A stretch of 64,000 nt of DNA, taken from Eledone cirrhosa. Taxonomy: Eukaryota. The position numbers were made by a program, and so were the translations under genes. The stretch's first letter is position 1. Each line of letters begins with the position of its first letter. Where the stretch lies: NCBI GenBank assembly GCA_964016885.1, contig OZ024746.1:26288001-26352000 (forward strand). The letters run 5' to 3'. Of this stretch, positions 13,553-25,908 are shown in pieces. A model generated the notes under the pieces. The model worked only from the letters and a program-made list of their open reading frames with translations. It was not told the DNA's origin and searched no databases.

Positions 13553-13869
13553 AGTCTCTTGATATGCTGAAGGGGGGGGGGGGGGAGAAAGACAAATGAC
13601 AGGGGCTATAATAGGAAGTGAGTGAAAAGACAAAGAGGAAGGAGGAGAGGAGTAAGAGAAGAGCATGTGGATGGAGTGGGGTGAAGGAATCATTTAGGGA
13701 TAATTGAATTCTGTAATGAAAATAATTATTTTTGTCACCATTAACATTTAACATCAGTTCTCCCTGCTAGCACAGGTTGAACTAGAAGCAATGCTAATGT
13801 TAATGAATTAAAATGGTAAAGAACATTGATGGAACTTTATTTAAATGTTGTGTGTTAGAGTGAAGATTG

Positions 13870-14175
13870 CACATGGCTTAGTGGTTATAGTGGTCAGCCC
13901 ATGATCATAAGGTTGAGAGTTTGGCTCCTGAGCCAGGTCGGATGATGCATTGGATCCTTGAGTAAGACATTTTGTTTCATGTTGCTCCAGTCCACTTAGC
14001 TGGGAATAAATTATATTTGTGATTCAAAAGGTCAACCTTGTCAACCTCCTCAGAATTATGTTAAGGGTACATATATCTGTGAACTGCTCAGCCACCTGTA
14101 CATAAACTTCATGGGCAGGCTGTTTTTTATCAAACAGCTAGAGCCCTAAACGATGATGATGATGATGATGATGAC
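13870..14175 (+). mobile_element. tRNA-derived SINE (Meta/V-like central domain)
   Basis: A box tggcttagtggtt and central ccttgagtaagacatttt...ttgctccagtccacttagctg; reverse copies at 36005-36310 and 63860-63955. Confidence 0.75.
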
Positions 14176-14490
14176 ATATGCAATGGATATGGATGTTATT
14201 TGGGTGAAGAAGTGTCACAAGCTGGAAGGAAGATGTGATAGAGGTTGGCTGAAGAAAGCCTGAGTAGAATCAGTGACAGCTGATCCCAAGATACAGAATC
14301 TCAGAGAAGAGATGACAAAGGAAAGAGGGGGAGTGATGTATTTCAAAAGACTTCTCTAACAGAGGCAAGCATAGAATGATGATGGTGATGACAATGATGA
14401 TGATGGCAGTCTATAAATAGGCTTCATGCTATGTACTTGTATTCAATTATTATATGGCGATATTATAAACCTTGTGTTAGAAAAACTCTG

Positions 14491-14693
14491 AAATTTGAGC
14501 AGTGTGGCTACATCAAATTTTGTGATGGCTGACAAATTTGAGTAGTGTGGCTACATCAAATTTTGTGATGGTTGACAAATTTGAGCAGTGTGGCTACATC
14601 AAATTTTGTGATGGTTGACAAATTTGAGCAGTGTGGCTACATCAAATTTTGTGATGGTTGACAAATTTGAGTAAAATGACTGCATCAAATTTT
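14491..14693. repeat. 43-bp minisatellite, ~4.5 copies
   Basis: aaatttgagcagtgtggctacatcaaattttgtgatggttgac at 14491, 14534, 14577 and 14620. Confidence 0.95.
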
Positions 14694-14786
14694 GCATGAA
14701 ACTTTGTAAATCTGCTACTTAGTCTCACAAAATGCAGAGCATTCTTTAGTGAGCATTAAAAAACAAATCATAAATAGAAATATATG

Positions 14787-14827
14787 CTTTTCTGATGAGT
14801 TGTAATAAGACTGAAACATGTCTAAAC
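14787..14827 (+). ncRNA. Degenerate minimal type I hammerhead ribozyme motif
   Basis: CTGATGA (14792-14798)...GAAA-CATG-TC with palindromic ACATGT stem III and a GUC triplet; stems I and II are imperfect. Confidence 0.45.
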
Positions 14828-15689
14828 TTGTTTCTTGTAGTTGCAGGAATAATTATATAATTATTTCAAATTAAGCTATTTAAAAATCAGTGCATTAAAT
14901 AAAGTAACACTAATTTCAGTGTAGTATATAAAATACTGGATGCTATCAATCACTCTCAATGTGAACAGCTGTAAGCTCTGTTGTAATTAAATCTGGCTTT
15001 GTCTTTCTTTATTGACTATTGGCTGTAGTGGTTAGATCCAGGTGAATATAGATAGAAAGTTATTAAAAAAAATACACTCTTAACTAGAATAACATCTACA
15101 CTGGATTTTAAAGAAAAATACACAAATGAAATCAGAAAATCTTTAAATATACTTAATAACGTTCCTATCTTGCTTTCATTCTCGTATTTATTTGCTTTTC
15201 AAAACTAAACTAAACAAATAAAAAAATATATAGATAACCAATATTGGTAATATTTTAGTTTTTAGTGTTTTCAAGTGGAAAATAGTTTTTGTTCCTTATT
15301 TCTTTATAGAGAGAAAGAGAAATACTAATCTACCAGAGAAAGATCACTGATCAACCACAAATAATATCTAAAAACAATTCCCATTTTACACTTTAATAGA
15401 GAAATGTAAGCAAGAAATCATTCAAAGAATATAATACCAATGTGAATTTAATAGAGAGGGGGCAGTTATGCTTACAGTTTTTGATAACTCATGTAGAAAT
15501 AGTAATTGTGAATGAGAAAGATTAATAAAATAACTTCTACATTATTGTTTATACTAAAGAAGAATTTTCTTGATATCAAAATGATAATACTAGGTAGATG
15601 GGAGTTTACCATCTTCATACCAAACTGCTTGAAACAATCTCTGGTTCTACAATGGTATTGACCCGTAACTCCTGAGAGCATAAGTGTAC

Positions 15690-15975
15690 CATATTGACAT
15701 ACATTTCTTAAGGAATTTTTTAAAAACCTGATGGAGTCCATCCTCTCTCTGTACAGCAGATTTCTTCCAGAGAAGGATAGAAAGTGAGAGAAGGGAAGTG
15801 AGAAAGAGATATAGAGGAAGAATCGACCCCAGTACTAGACTGGTTATTTTTTATTATTGACCTCAAATGGATGAAAGGCAAAGTTGACCTCGGCAGGATT
15901 TGAACTCAGAGAACAGATATCAAACAAGTACAACAAAACATTCTATCCGACGTTCTAACGACTCGACCAATTTGA
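15690..15975 (-). mobile_element. tRNA-derived SINE with Nin-like domain, long-tail variant
   Basis: gatgaaaggcaaagttgacctcggcaggatttgaactcag (B box plus Nin-like core); related copies at 20130-20370, 23640-23940, 27280-27610 (+) and 31020-31240. Confidence 0.75.
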
Positions 15976-16137
15976 CTTGGTTCTACAATACTAATCCGTT
16001 AATTCAACACTGTTTATATTTATCTAAGAACCTTCCGTCATAGAATTATGTATGGAACATAACTTCACAAAGGTGTCAAAAGGCTTTAGAATTGTCTGCA
16101 ACTGCCCCAGGTTCAACAATACACAGCTGTTTATTTA

Positions 16138-16180
<43 letters not shown>

Positions 16181-17269
16181 TCCATCATAATTTCATGCAA
16201 GAACCTTTGTGAAATTATGTTCCAAACACCAACATAATCATGAGAAAGAATTAAAAACATTACTAAATCTCTCCAGAAATATGGTAACAAAAGGGTTAAC
16301 TAGTTATGGGTTGGTTTGTTAATTCAGATAATTATAATATCTTTACTAGAGGACACATCATGAAATTTACAGTAAACTAAAATAAAAACATCAATTTTTT
16401 ATGTGATACAGTCATAGTGCTTTTTTATACTTTTCAAGAATGTGTTGCTAATGCTGTTTCATATGGTACAGGACATTAAGAGTTAAAGAGATTATTCTAT
16501 CATAAAGACTATAATTTCAGAAATCTTTTCAGCCTAGACATTACTCTTAAGTTAATTAGACATTAGTCTCAAGCTAATTAGGAAGTAGAAATTGGGATAA
16601 TCCTAAATCTAATCTACAAGGTAAAACCTCTGGGTGTTAATAATTTGGCAAAATACCACAGGTACAGATTAAACAGTGAAACAGGGATAAATAATGTTAT
16701 GAGAGCAATATCTGATGATAGTGAGGGTGTGTTGCTAAGTGGTTATGGTGATGGACACCTGGCGATAAGGTTGTGGGATCAACTGGACCAGGCAAAACAA
16801 CATGTTGCTTCATTTCATGTTGCTCCAGATGGGTCTAGCAATGATATGACTGGGTCCCTAACGATGAATAATAAAATTAATACAGCATGCAGAGTAAAAA
16901 CAGCTTAAACCTTTAGATACCAAACTGCCTAAACTGTTCCTGGTTCTATGATACAAAGCTGTTATTCTACACTGTTTATATTTATCTAAAACCCTTCCAT
17001 TATAGTTTTATGTAAGAACCATTGTTAAGTCATGTTCCAAACACTAGCATCATAATGAGAAAATTAGTTATAGTAGTAAATCCCTCCAAATTCTTGATTA
17101 TTTTCAAAATTAATTGAAAACTATAGGCAGTGTTTTTCATTTGGTATATGGCAATTAAAGAGTAAACTAAGCATTTTGTAAAGAGGATCTTTAATAGTTT
17201 AGATTTGAGACGTAAACTGGAAATCAAACATTATGGTGGTACATCAGGTATACAACAAAATCTAAAACA

Positions 17270-17560
17270 CTAGTTGTGCCACAATAAAATGCACCCAGTA
17301 CACACTAATGTGGTAGTTCTGGTGCAACAATAAAATGCACCCATTACACTCTTTAATGTGGTAATGCCGGTGTCACAATAAAATGCACTCGACACACTGT
17401 GTAAACTGGTCAGTGTTAGAAAAGATAGAGCATCCAGCTGTAAAAACTATGGTTAAATATATAACATGAGTAAGATGTGGTTCTCTGACCCATCCAGTCT
17501 CAGACTGATGACCCATTCCAGCTATGCCATCGTGAAAAATGGACATAAAATTATATGGGT
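17270..17560 (+). mobile_element. Older RTE-tail retroposon copy
   Basis: Three aataaaatgcacc heads, gcatccagctgtaaaaac core, ggacataaaatt tail. Confidence 0.65.
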
Positions 17561-17586
17561 GGTGATTTTCAAATATACCTTAAACA

Positions 17587-17770
17587 TACAAGGCTGGGCT
17601 GAAAAGTTCATATGAACGAGTCTTGATAGAGCTGTGAAATCTTGCATGCATTAACTACAACTCTTCTTAATATTGTTTCTTTCCAGGGACTATGTTGAAA
17701 AATATACCTCATTTGGTCATTCCATGAGAGTATCTTGGTCAGCCTATGAACTTTTCAGCCGACCCTCATA
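17587..17770. mobile_element. mariner-type MITE (TIR cgagggtcggctgaaaagttcataggctg)
   Basis: Inverted termini flanked by TA; copies at 22005-22170 and 47935-48113. Confidence 0.8.
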
Positions 17771-18277
17771 ATTTTGTATATATGTTCCTTTATGTATTTT
17801 TATTCTTTTACTGTTTTCAGTCAGACTGGGGCCATGCTGGGGCATGGCATTAAAGGGATTTAGTTGATCTTCTTGACCCCAGGACTATTTCTTTTAAGTT
17901 TAAAATAAACAACATTTGGTCATTCTATGAACTTTTCAGCCGACCCTTGTAATTTGCAACAATAATTGAAAGAAAGTCAACATATTATCTGGATTGTTAG
18001 TTTAAATTGAAGATATGAACTGGAAATCAACACTGAAGTGAATTAGGGGGGAAATGAAGATTTGAAATGGAATCTTGATTAAAAGTGACAAGAAGGTCTT
18101 AATTAAGTAAATGACAGCCAAGCAAAGAATAAATTATTTAATAGTTCAGTAGACACCTTCCATACAATAGAATTAAAACAGAACATAAAATATTTTCTGA
18201 TTATGTGAAAATATAGTAGGAATGTAAATCAATGTAAATCACTGTTAGTTCATTTTCTCAACAGCACCACCCCGATA

Positions 18278-18865
18278 ACTACCACCACCACCACCATGTT
18301 TACTACCACCACCACGATTACTACCCCCACAACCATTACCAACTCCACCACCATGATTACTACCCCTACAACCACAGCTGTTACCATCACCACCACTACT
18401 GCTACTACCACCACAACTACGGTCATCACCAACACCATTACCACTACTACTACCACCACAACCACGGTCATCACCAACACCATTACCACTACTACTACCA
18501 CCACAACTACGGTCATCACCAACACCATTACCACTACTACTACCACCACCACCACCACCAGACATCCCCAACACCATTACCACTACTACTACCACCACAA
18601 CTACGGTCATCACCAACACCATTACCACTACCACTACCACCACCACCACCACAGACATCACCACTACTACTACCACCACCACCACCACCACCACCAGACA
18701 TCCCCAACACCATTACCACTACCACCACAACTACGGTCATCACCAACACCATTACCACTACCACTACCACCACCACCACCACAGACATCACCACTACTAC
18801 TACCACTACCACAGACATCACCAACACCATTACCACTGCTACTGCTGCCGTTACCACCCCCACCA
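18278..18865. repeat. (ACC/ACT)n compound repeat with higher-order units
   Basis: Recurring caactacggtcatcaccaacaccattacc blocks within acc/act runs. Confidence 0.9.
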
Positions 18866-19026
18866 AATATAGAATTTTATCAACTAGCAAAATATTATTT
18901 ACCTCCTGTAACATTAAAACGTACATACATAGATACATGCTTATATATATGTGTGTGTGTGTGTGTGTCTGTGTGCATACACACACACATACATACATGC
19001 ATATATATATAAACCGTTCCTTTGAA

Positions 19027-19082
<56 letters not shown>

Positions 19083-19149
19083 GCGTGCACCATTCCCATC
19101 AAATATACATATTTGCACTATTCCTTCCAATACATCGCACATCACTCTC

Positions 19150-19184
<35 letters not shown>

Positions 19185-19210
19185 TCTATCCTATAAGTGT
19201 GTGTGTATAT

Positions 19211-19249
<39 letters not shown>

Positions 19250-20384
19250 CATACACACATACATACAGGCATATATCTTATATATCTATACACACACATA
19301 TATATACACCTTGCACACATAATTTCAAGAGAATTTGCTTCCATCCCGATAATTAATGATGCAGAAAAGTTAAAGAAAACAACTTGTGTTTGCTTCTTTT
19401 TCTTCTTTCTCGCTACTGGCAATAAAAACATGGCTAAACATTTTAAACACAAAATCTTCAATGAACTGTTAAAATAGAATTTAAAGTTTGACAAATTGTT
19501 CTTAAGGAATCTCTTGCTATTATTATTCTTGTTGCTATTGCTGTTTTTGCTTATTGCTGCTGCTGTTGTTGTTATTGTTATTGCTGTTGTTGCCAATGCT
19601 GTTGCTGTTATTTTTGTTGCAGTTATTGCTGTTGCTGTTGTTATTATTGCTGTTGTTATTGTTGTTGTTGTTGTTGTTATATATTTTCGGTTCACATGTT
19701 TATTATGAGTAAGATATGTAAGAACCAAGACGTTTAATGAATGCTCTCTGTTTTTATTACCAAAATAGAATATGTTTATAAAAATAGCTTCCTTCTGTTT
19801 TATAGATTTTCTCTCAATTTATAATTATAAATACAATGCATTTAATATGGAAGTTTTGCTGGTTAAATCTACCTTCTGAGTAGAAGAAAAATCACATTAT
19901 TGTGTTTATAAATTTTAGTTGGTGTACATGAATAAAAAGAAATCAACGTCACCACCAACACCATCACCATCATGACCATCACCACTACCACCAGTACCAT
20001 CATCATCAACATCACAAATAGTACTACAACTCAAGGCGATGACACAGGACAAGTCTACCAATTCACCACCTTGAATATACATGTATAAGGATAAAGATCC
20101 CACGACTCCTTGTGGAGCCCTAGAGGCACCATCAAATGGCGTGTCTGAGGCACTTTTAAAACTGGCAGAGCCCAATCCTCTCCATGTTTGAACACAGACG
20201 ATTTTTTCTATAGAGGAAGAATCAACTTTAATACTGGACAGGTACATTTTTTATCGACCTCGAAAGGATGAAAAGCAAAGTTGACCACAGCAGGATTTGA
20301 ACTCCGAGCGCTCAATGACGTGGAACGAATACCATAAAGCATTATATCTGACGTCTTAACGATTCTGCAATTCATGTTAATAAT

Positions 20385-20520
20385 TATTTCTACTTTTGGC
20401 ACAAGGCCAGCAATTATCCTAGTACATTACTGGTACTTTATTTTATCGACCCCGTAAGGATGAAAGGCAAAGTTAACCTCGGCGGGATTTGAACTCAGAC
20501 CGTAAAGGGCCGTAACTCTG
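20385..20520 (-). mobile_element. Nin-like SINE, partial
   Basis: Near-identical to the 3' part of 50634-50818. Confidence 0.8.
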
Positions 20521-20816
20521 TGCTTTCATGTTAATAATAAAAATGAAAATTACAGCTTAGTTTTCCTCATACAATGTTGTATCTCATAGGAAGTGTAATG
20601 GGGCCCAGTCCTGTCATAAAAAGCAATGTGAAATGAAGTATTTTGCTCAAGAACACAATGTGCTGCCTGGTCTAGGAATCAAACTCATTGTGCATAAAAA
20701 ACCCTATCCACTAGGCCAACTATTTTGATATATTCCATTTATTACAATCTGCTATACACATTTCTTTTAAATTATATGGTGAAAATAACAAAAACGGTAA
20801 AACTAACACATGCATT

Positions 20817-20876
<60 letters not shown>

Positions 20877-21788
20877 TAAACACACACATATTATCAGAGT
20901 TATACATGCCTGGTAAGTGACTTGATCTGAGATCATTTTATTCATAAAAAAGCACAAAAACTCAACTTAACAATATCATTTATTTCCTTGTGTCAAAATT
21001 TTTGTCACCACGAAATAAATGATAAATATAGAGTTAGCATTTTTTCTAAATATGACTTTTACATGCAGTAATTGTACACAAACACGCGCGCGCACGCATG
21101 TATTTATTATGTTTATATATATATATAATTATCATCACAGTTCAATGTCTATTTTTCATGCTTACATGGGTTAGTCGGCTATGTTATGTGACTAGACAGG
21201 TCAGGTGATCGTGTCTTACTTATAAGTGCTGCTTTTTTGGCTTAGTCCTCTATGGCTAGACACCCTACTTAATACGAACCACAATACAGCCTGCACTGCT
21301 AGCTTTTTTTAGTGACACCACCACTACCACTTACTGAGTGAACAAGGGTGATTCTATGTGCCCTTTCTCCAGACTGGTTTTGATTTTAGTCTCGGGACGG
21401 TCCCTCATGCACTGCCGTGCATGGGGGTGGAATCAAACTCATGACCTTACAAACAGGAGCCAAACACCCAAGCCACTAAGCCACACACCTTCACGTGTTA
21501 TTACATGAATATATCATGATTAAATATATCTAAACTGAATAAAGAAATTGTATTTGTTCAGGTCAGAATAAATATCAACACCATTTGTCCTTTTTGAATG
21601 TTTGTTTCTGCTCTTCTAACGTCATTAATTATTCAAGATTCTTTAACCTTTTCCAGTTCATAACTTGTTGATATAGTTTAATTGTTTACAAAATAGTAAT
21701 TAATACATTGGAAAATCTTGTCACAGCTGACATCCAGTAAAAGGTCTAATATAATTTATACAACTTACACTGATTTTAATATATTTAC

Positions 21789-21995
21789 CCCTTTAGCATT
21801 TACATTACTCTGCATTTATTATTATTTTCACAGTAAACATTTTATCTCACATAATATCGAATCTATGAGATTTTGATATTATTTAGTTTTAGAACAATAC
21901 CTTAACATCAGTATGAGTGACCAGTTATGACCAGTTTGAACAGAAAGAGGTGAGAGAATTCTCGCCAGATTTGGCCGGTTTTCAATGCTAAAGGG
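21789..21995. mobile_element. piggyBac-type MITE
   Basis: ccctttagcattt...aatgctaaaggg termini with degenerate TTAA flanks; reverse copy of 29227-29443. Confidence 0.75.
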
Positions 21996-22004
21996 TTGAA
22001 AATA

Positions 22005-22170
22005 TGACGGTCGGCTGAAAAGTTCATAGGCTGCCTATGAACGAGTCATGCATTAATTTCAACTCTTCTTAATGTTGTTTCTTTCCAGGGACTATGTTGA
22101 AAAATAAACCTCATTTGGTCATTCCATGAGAGTATCTTGGTCAGCCTATGAACTTTTCAGCCGACCTTCG
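22005..22170. mobile_element. mariner-type MITE
   Basis: ggtcggctgaaaagttcataggctg / cagcctatgaacttttcagccgacc TIRs with TA on both sides. Confidence 0.85.
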
Positions 22171-22399
22171 TAATTTTGTATTTGTATTCTTTTACGTATT
22201 TTTTATTATTTTACTGTTTTCAGTCAGACTGTGGCCATGCTGGGGCACAGCATTGAAAAGATTTAGTTGATCTTATTGACCCCAGGAGTATTTCTTTAAA
22301 TCTGGTACTTATTTTATCAATCTCTTTTTGGTGAACTGCTAGGTTATAGAATATAAACATATCGACACAAATGTGAACATGAACATGCATACGTGTGTG

Positions 22400-22620
22400 T
22401 ATCATCATCACCGTTTTACGTCCGTTCTTCCACGCTAGCATGGGTTAGACGGGTTGTCCTGTTGTGTGCAGTGTGTGGTCGGCTGACCATGCCTTGCTCA
22501 TACAGGAACTGATTTGGCTTGATTTCTACAGCTGGATGCCCTTCCTAACACCAACCTCATTTACAGTGAGTGCTGGGTGCTTTTTCGTGGTGCCTACACG
22601 TCCACGACCACCTTGCGGTG
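22400..22620 (-). mobile_element. RTE-tail retroposon copy
   Basis: catcatcaccgttttacgtccg...tttctacagctggatgcccttcc; similar to 63600-63815. Confidence 0.75.
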
Positions 22621-22895
22621 GGGGGGGGGGGCATATTGTCTATATGCTTCAGCTTGTACCCATGGGAGGTCGGGTACTCTGTATTACTGCGTGACGCCAG
22701 AAGTCATGGTCGTGTATATATATATATATATAGAATAATTAAGTCAACATATACCCAAAATCTTTCTCTCTATATATATAGGTTATTAGGTGGGTAACTC
22801 GTTACTAGTGGTGACGCTGGTTGAAGCACTCGATGCTGTTACTGTGTCTGTTTCTCATTAGGCTTAAGGCGGCTGTAGTTAGCAGAGTGTATATA

Positions 22896-23115
22896 AAGTG
22901 ACAATAACAATTGCAGCTTTTTGTAAACTTTATTACATATTACAATTTCTTTCCGTATCGATCAGCTCAGGTTTGATCAGATCCCGACTCTTAAGATATG
23001 AGAGTTTACATGGCTGGTCCCATCCATCACATGATCAAACCCGAGCTGATCGATATGGAAACAAATTGTAATATATAATAAAGTTTACAAAAAGCTGCAA
23101 TTCTTATTGTCACTT
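22896..23115. repeat. Long inverted repeat (84-bp arms, 52-bp spacer), PLE pseudo-LTR-like
   Basis: 22896-22979 and 23032-23115 are reverse complements with few mismatches; the arms carry GAAAC..TA and aataaa. Confidence 0.9.
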
Positions 23116-23190
23116 AATGTGTGTGTGTGTGTGTGTGTAGTGTGTAGTGTGTGTGTGTGTAGTGTGTGTGTGTGTGTGTGTGTATATACA

Positions 23191-23270
23191 CAGGGTGTCC
23201 CAAAAGAATGTATACACACTTCAACATCAGTCTAAAAAAATGTGTGTAATTCATTTTTTGGGACACCCTG
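23191..23270. mobile_element. 80-bp Tc1-type mini-MITE
   Basis: cagggtgtcccaaaa...ttttgggacaccctg TIRs; TA on the right, ca on the left. Confidence 0.8.
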
Positions 23271-23973
23271 TATATATTATACACACATATATAGACTACA
23301 CACTGTAAAATTGTTGGCTTTAGGGAAAGACATGTAGAAACCATACCAAAATGATATGAGGTGGACAGAATCACCTGGCCAGTCTCATCTCAATGTGACA
23401 AATTGTTAAATCCAAGCAAACAGAAAATAGACATAAAACAATGATGATGATGAACTTCTACAGTTTCCAGTTTCCCACTACCACATTTCATGAACAAGGC
23501 CTGAGGTTCTAGTAGAAAACACTTAACCAAGGTGGTGTTCATTGGAATAGAACCTCCAAACCACATGTTTGTAAAGCCACCTTCTTGATCGCAGTCATAT
23601 TGTGGTATTGTATAGATGGACCTGTGACTCCTTATGGAGTCGTAGGAGTACCATAGTGACATATATGGCTTGGGCATTTTTAACCTGGCAGAGCCCATTG
23701 CTTTACATGTCTGAATACAACTTATTTCTTCCAAAGAAAGGGAGATAGTGAAAGAGAAAGGACGTTAGGAAAGAGATATAGAGGAAGAATCAACCCCAGT
23801 ACTGGACTGGTACTTTAGCAACCTTGAAATGATGAAAGGCAAAGTTAACCTCAGTGGGATTTGAACTTTGAGCACAGAGAGCCATAACTAATACTGAAAA
23901 GTTTTCTAGCCAATGTTTTAATGATTCTGCCAATTGACTGCCTCATATTTGGCATTAGAAATTTTTAAAATTA

Positions 23974-24226
23974 CCATATATACACGCATACAAGCTAATC
24001 TGAATATAAGAGCGCGCACACCCCCACATCATACACACACAATTTTTATGTCTAGAAAATGGGCAGAAATCCAAACCCCATTCATAAGTTGGTGAAAATC
24101 GTCAAAATATTGACCCCAAAATAAGCCGACACCTCCACCCCCAAAAAAGAAAACCAATTTTTTTTTTTGGGGGGGGGGGGGGGGGGGCACACAAATATTC
24201 CTCACCTTATATTCAAGTAAATATGG
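23974..24226. mobile_element. pogo/Tigger-type MITE (degenerate)
   Basis: TA-ccatatatacacgcatacaag ... cttatattcaagtaaatatgg-TA imperfect TIRs. Confidence 0.6.
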
Positions 24227-24804
24227 TAGATTAATCTTTAGAAAATGCAATTTTTTATGATTCATTATCTTTTCATGGATACAATATATGTAGAAGGATC
24301 ACATAAGCTATGACAATTTATTGTAAAACTAAACGAGATTTTATTTAATGAAGTAATTAGAAAATGGAAATTGCTTACCAACTAAAAACCAATCACCTTT
24401 TAATTACCAGAATTATTTTTTATGTAAATGATGGATTGACATAATCAAAAGTTCTGACTATGTTGGCACCAGTTTCGTTATTCTATCAATTATGTGCTAA
24501 GAAATACCTCTTCATCACAAAGAAATATACATAATAACGTATATATCAAAGAGAGAGAGAGAGAGAATAAAGGCATATATAGAAGCATAAAAATATGTAT
24601 GTATAATAAAGATACACAGCCTCGCTGTAATTATATCACGTTAAGTATTGGATATGATATATGCAATACTTAATGTGATATAATACAATATACTGTAGTC
24701 ACCATGTGTAGACAATTTATAATAGACACAGAAACATATGCCAAAGCAAATAAATTCATAAATCTCTTCACACTGACGATTTATTTTTCTTGGTGCAATA
24801 CTAG

Positions 24805-24847
<43 letters not shown>

Positions 24848-24848
24848 G

Positions 24849-24900
24849 AGTTTCAGAAGATCCCGTAAAAGGGCGAAAGCAGCGATTCTTTGCTTAAACT
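24849..24900 (+). ncRNA. Type I hammerhead-like motif between two (TA)n tracts (core variant CAGAAGA)
   Basis: Stem I agttt/aaact, CAGAAGA, stem II ccc-gtaaaa-ggg, GAAA, stem III agca...tgct, followed by aataaa. Confidence 0.55.
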
Positions 24901-25048
24901 TTAATCTGTACTAATAATAAATATTTGCTCTACGGGTTTTATATATATATATATACATATATATATATAACAAAGGAATTGTGGTGAGGAACCAGATGGA
25001 CCATAACGCACCAGAGTACTCAATACTTAGGGTAGTAGAGTGGGAAAT

Positions 25049-25151
25049 AGGAAAAAGTATGACCCCGACGGCAGAGCTCAAGCCGTTTCGACGGCTATTT
25101 CTGGACCATCGAAACGGCTTGAGCTCTGCCGTCGGGGTCATACTTTTTCCT
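25049..25151. repeat. Perfect 43-bp inverted repeat (17-bp spacer) in TA tracts, PLE-like
   Basis: aggaaaaagtatgaccccgacggcagagctcaagccgtttcga and its exact reverse complement; a related single arm lies at 59512-59557. Confidence 0.92.
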
Positions 25152-25287
25152 TTATATATATATATATATATATATTATTCTATTATTCTATTACTCTATT
25201 ACGTGTTCCAGCCGACAGGTGTGAAGTGTTAACCACAGTTAAAAAGGGTTTTCAATACGTTGGTAGAGTATAGGCATCTTTATTATG

Positions 25288-25403
25288 TATAGAAATGACT
25301 TCTACAAGACTAGAACTATTTCATTTGTATGAAATCATCTGGAATGTCCATGATGATTTCATAAGAATGAAACAGTTCTAGCCCTGTAGAACTCATTTCT
25401 ATA
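25288..25403. repeat. Palindromic repeat family, copy 1
   Basis: tatagaaatgacttctac...gtagaactcatttctata; second copy at 31535-31635. Confidence 0.85.
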
Positions 25404-25867
25404 TATAATATATATATATACATACACACACATATTTGAAATGTGTGCATTCAAATGTAAATGACCATAATAATAGTTGAGAAAATCAAGTAAATTAATC
25501 CTGGAAAAAAGTGAACAGAGGTGCCTGCAATGAATCAAACCCCACATCTCTCAGATGCTAGTAGCAAGAAGTGTAAAATTTGAAATGTGTGTGTCCCAAC
25601 ACAAATGACCATAATAATAGTTGATCACTATAGATAACAGTTGAGAAAATTAAACAAGCATGCTACCAATTCTGCCAAAAACAACTCCCATTTCTACTTG
25701 AATACTTTCCAAATTAATGTCAGAACCAAACTTGATTGAGGAAGGCATGACTATATGGTTAAGGAGTTCTTATATGAGGGTTGCCAGCAGGAATTGCATC
25801 CAACTGTAAGATTCTGCCACAAAGGGAGTTTATCCAACCCAAGTTAACTTGGAAATATTGCCTTAAA

Positions 25868-25908
<41 letters not shown>

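Noticed and set aside
12626-13570. 314-aa Asp/Asn-rich ORF as an acidic (biomineral-type) protein
   Set aside because: The triplet repeat is open in five frames on both strands, has no signal peptide or splice context, and its N-terminus overlaps retroposon remnants.
16645-16908. 87-aa non-repetitive ORF as a host exon
   Set aside because: No recognisable domain, a non-ATG start and no good splice signals.
25330-25385. Hammerhead in the 25288/31535 palindrome family (atgatga-tttcataagaat-gaaac)
   Set aside because: No intact CUGANGA in any of the four arms, no stem I, and GAAA is itself paired in a tttcat/atgaaa hairpin.
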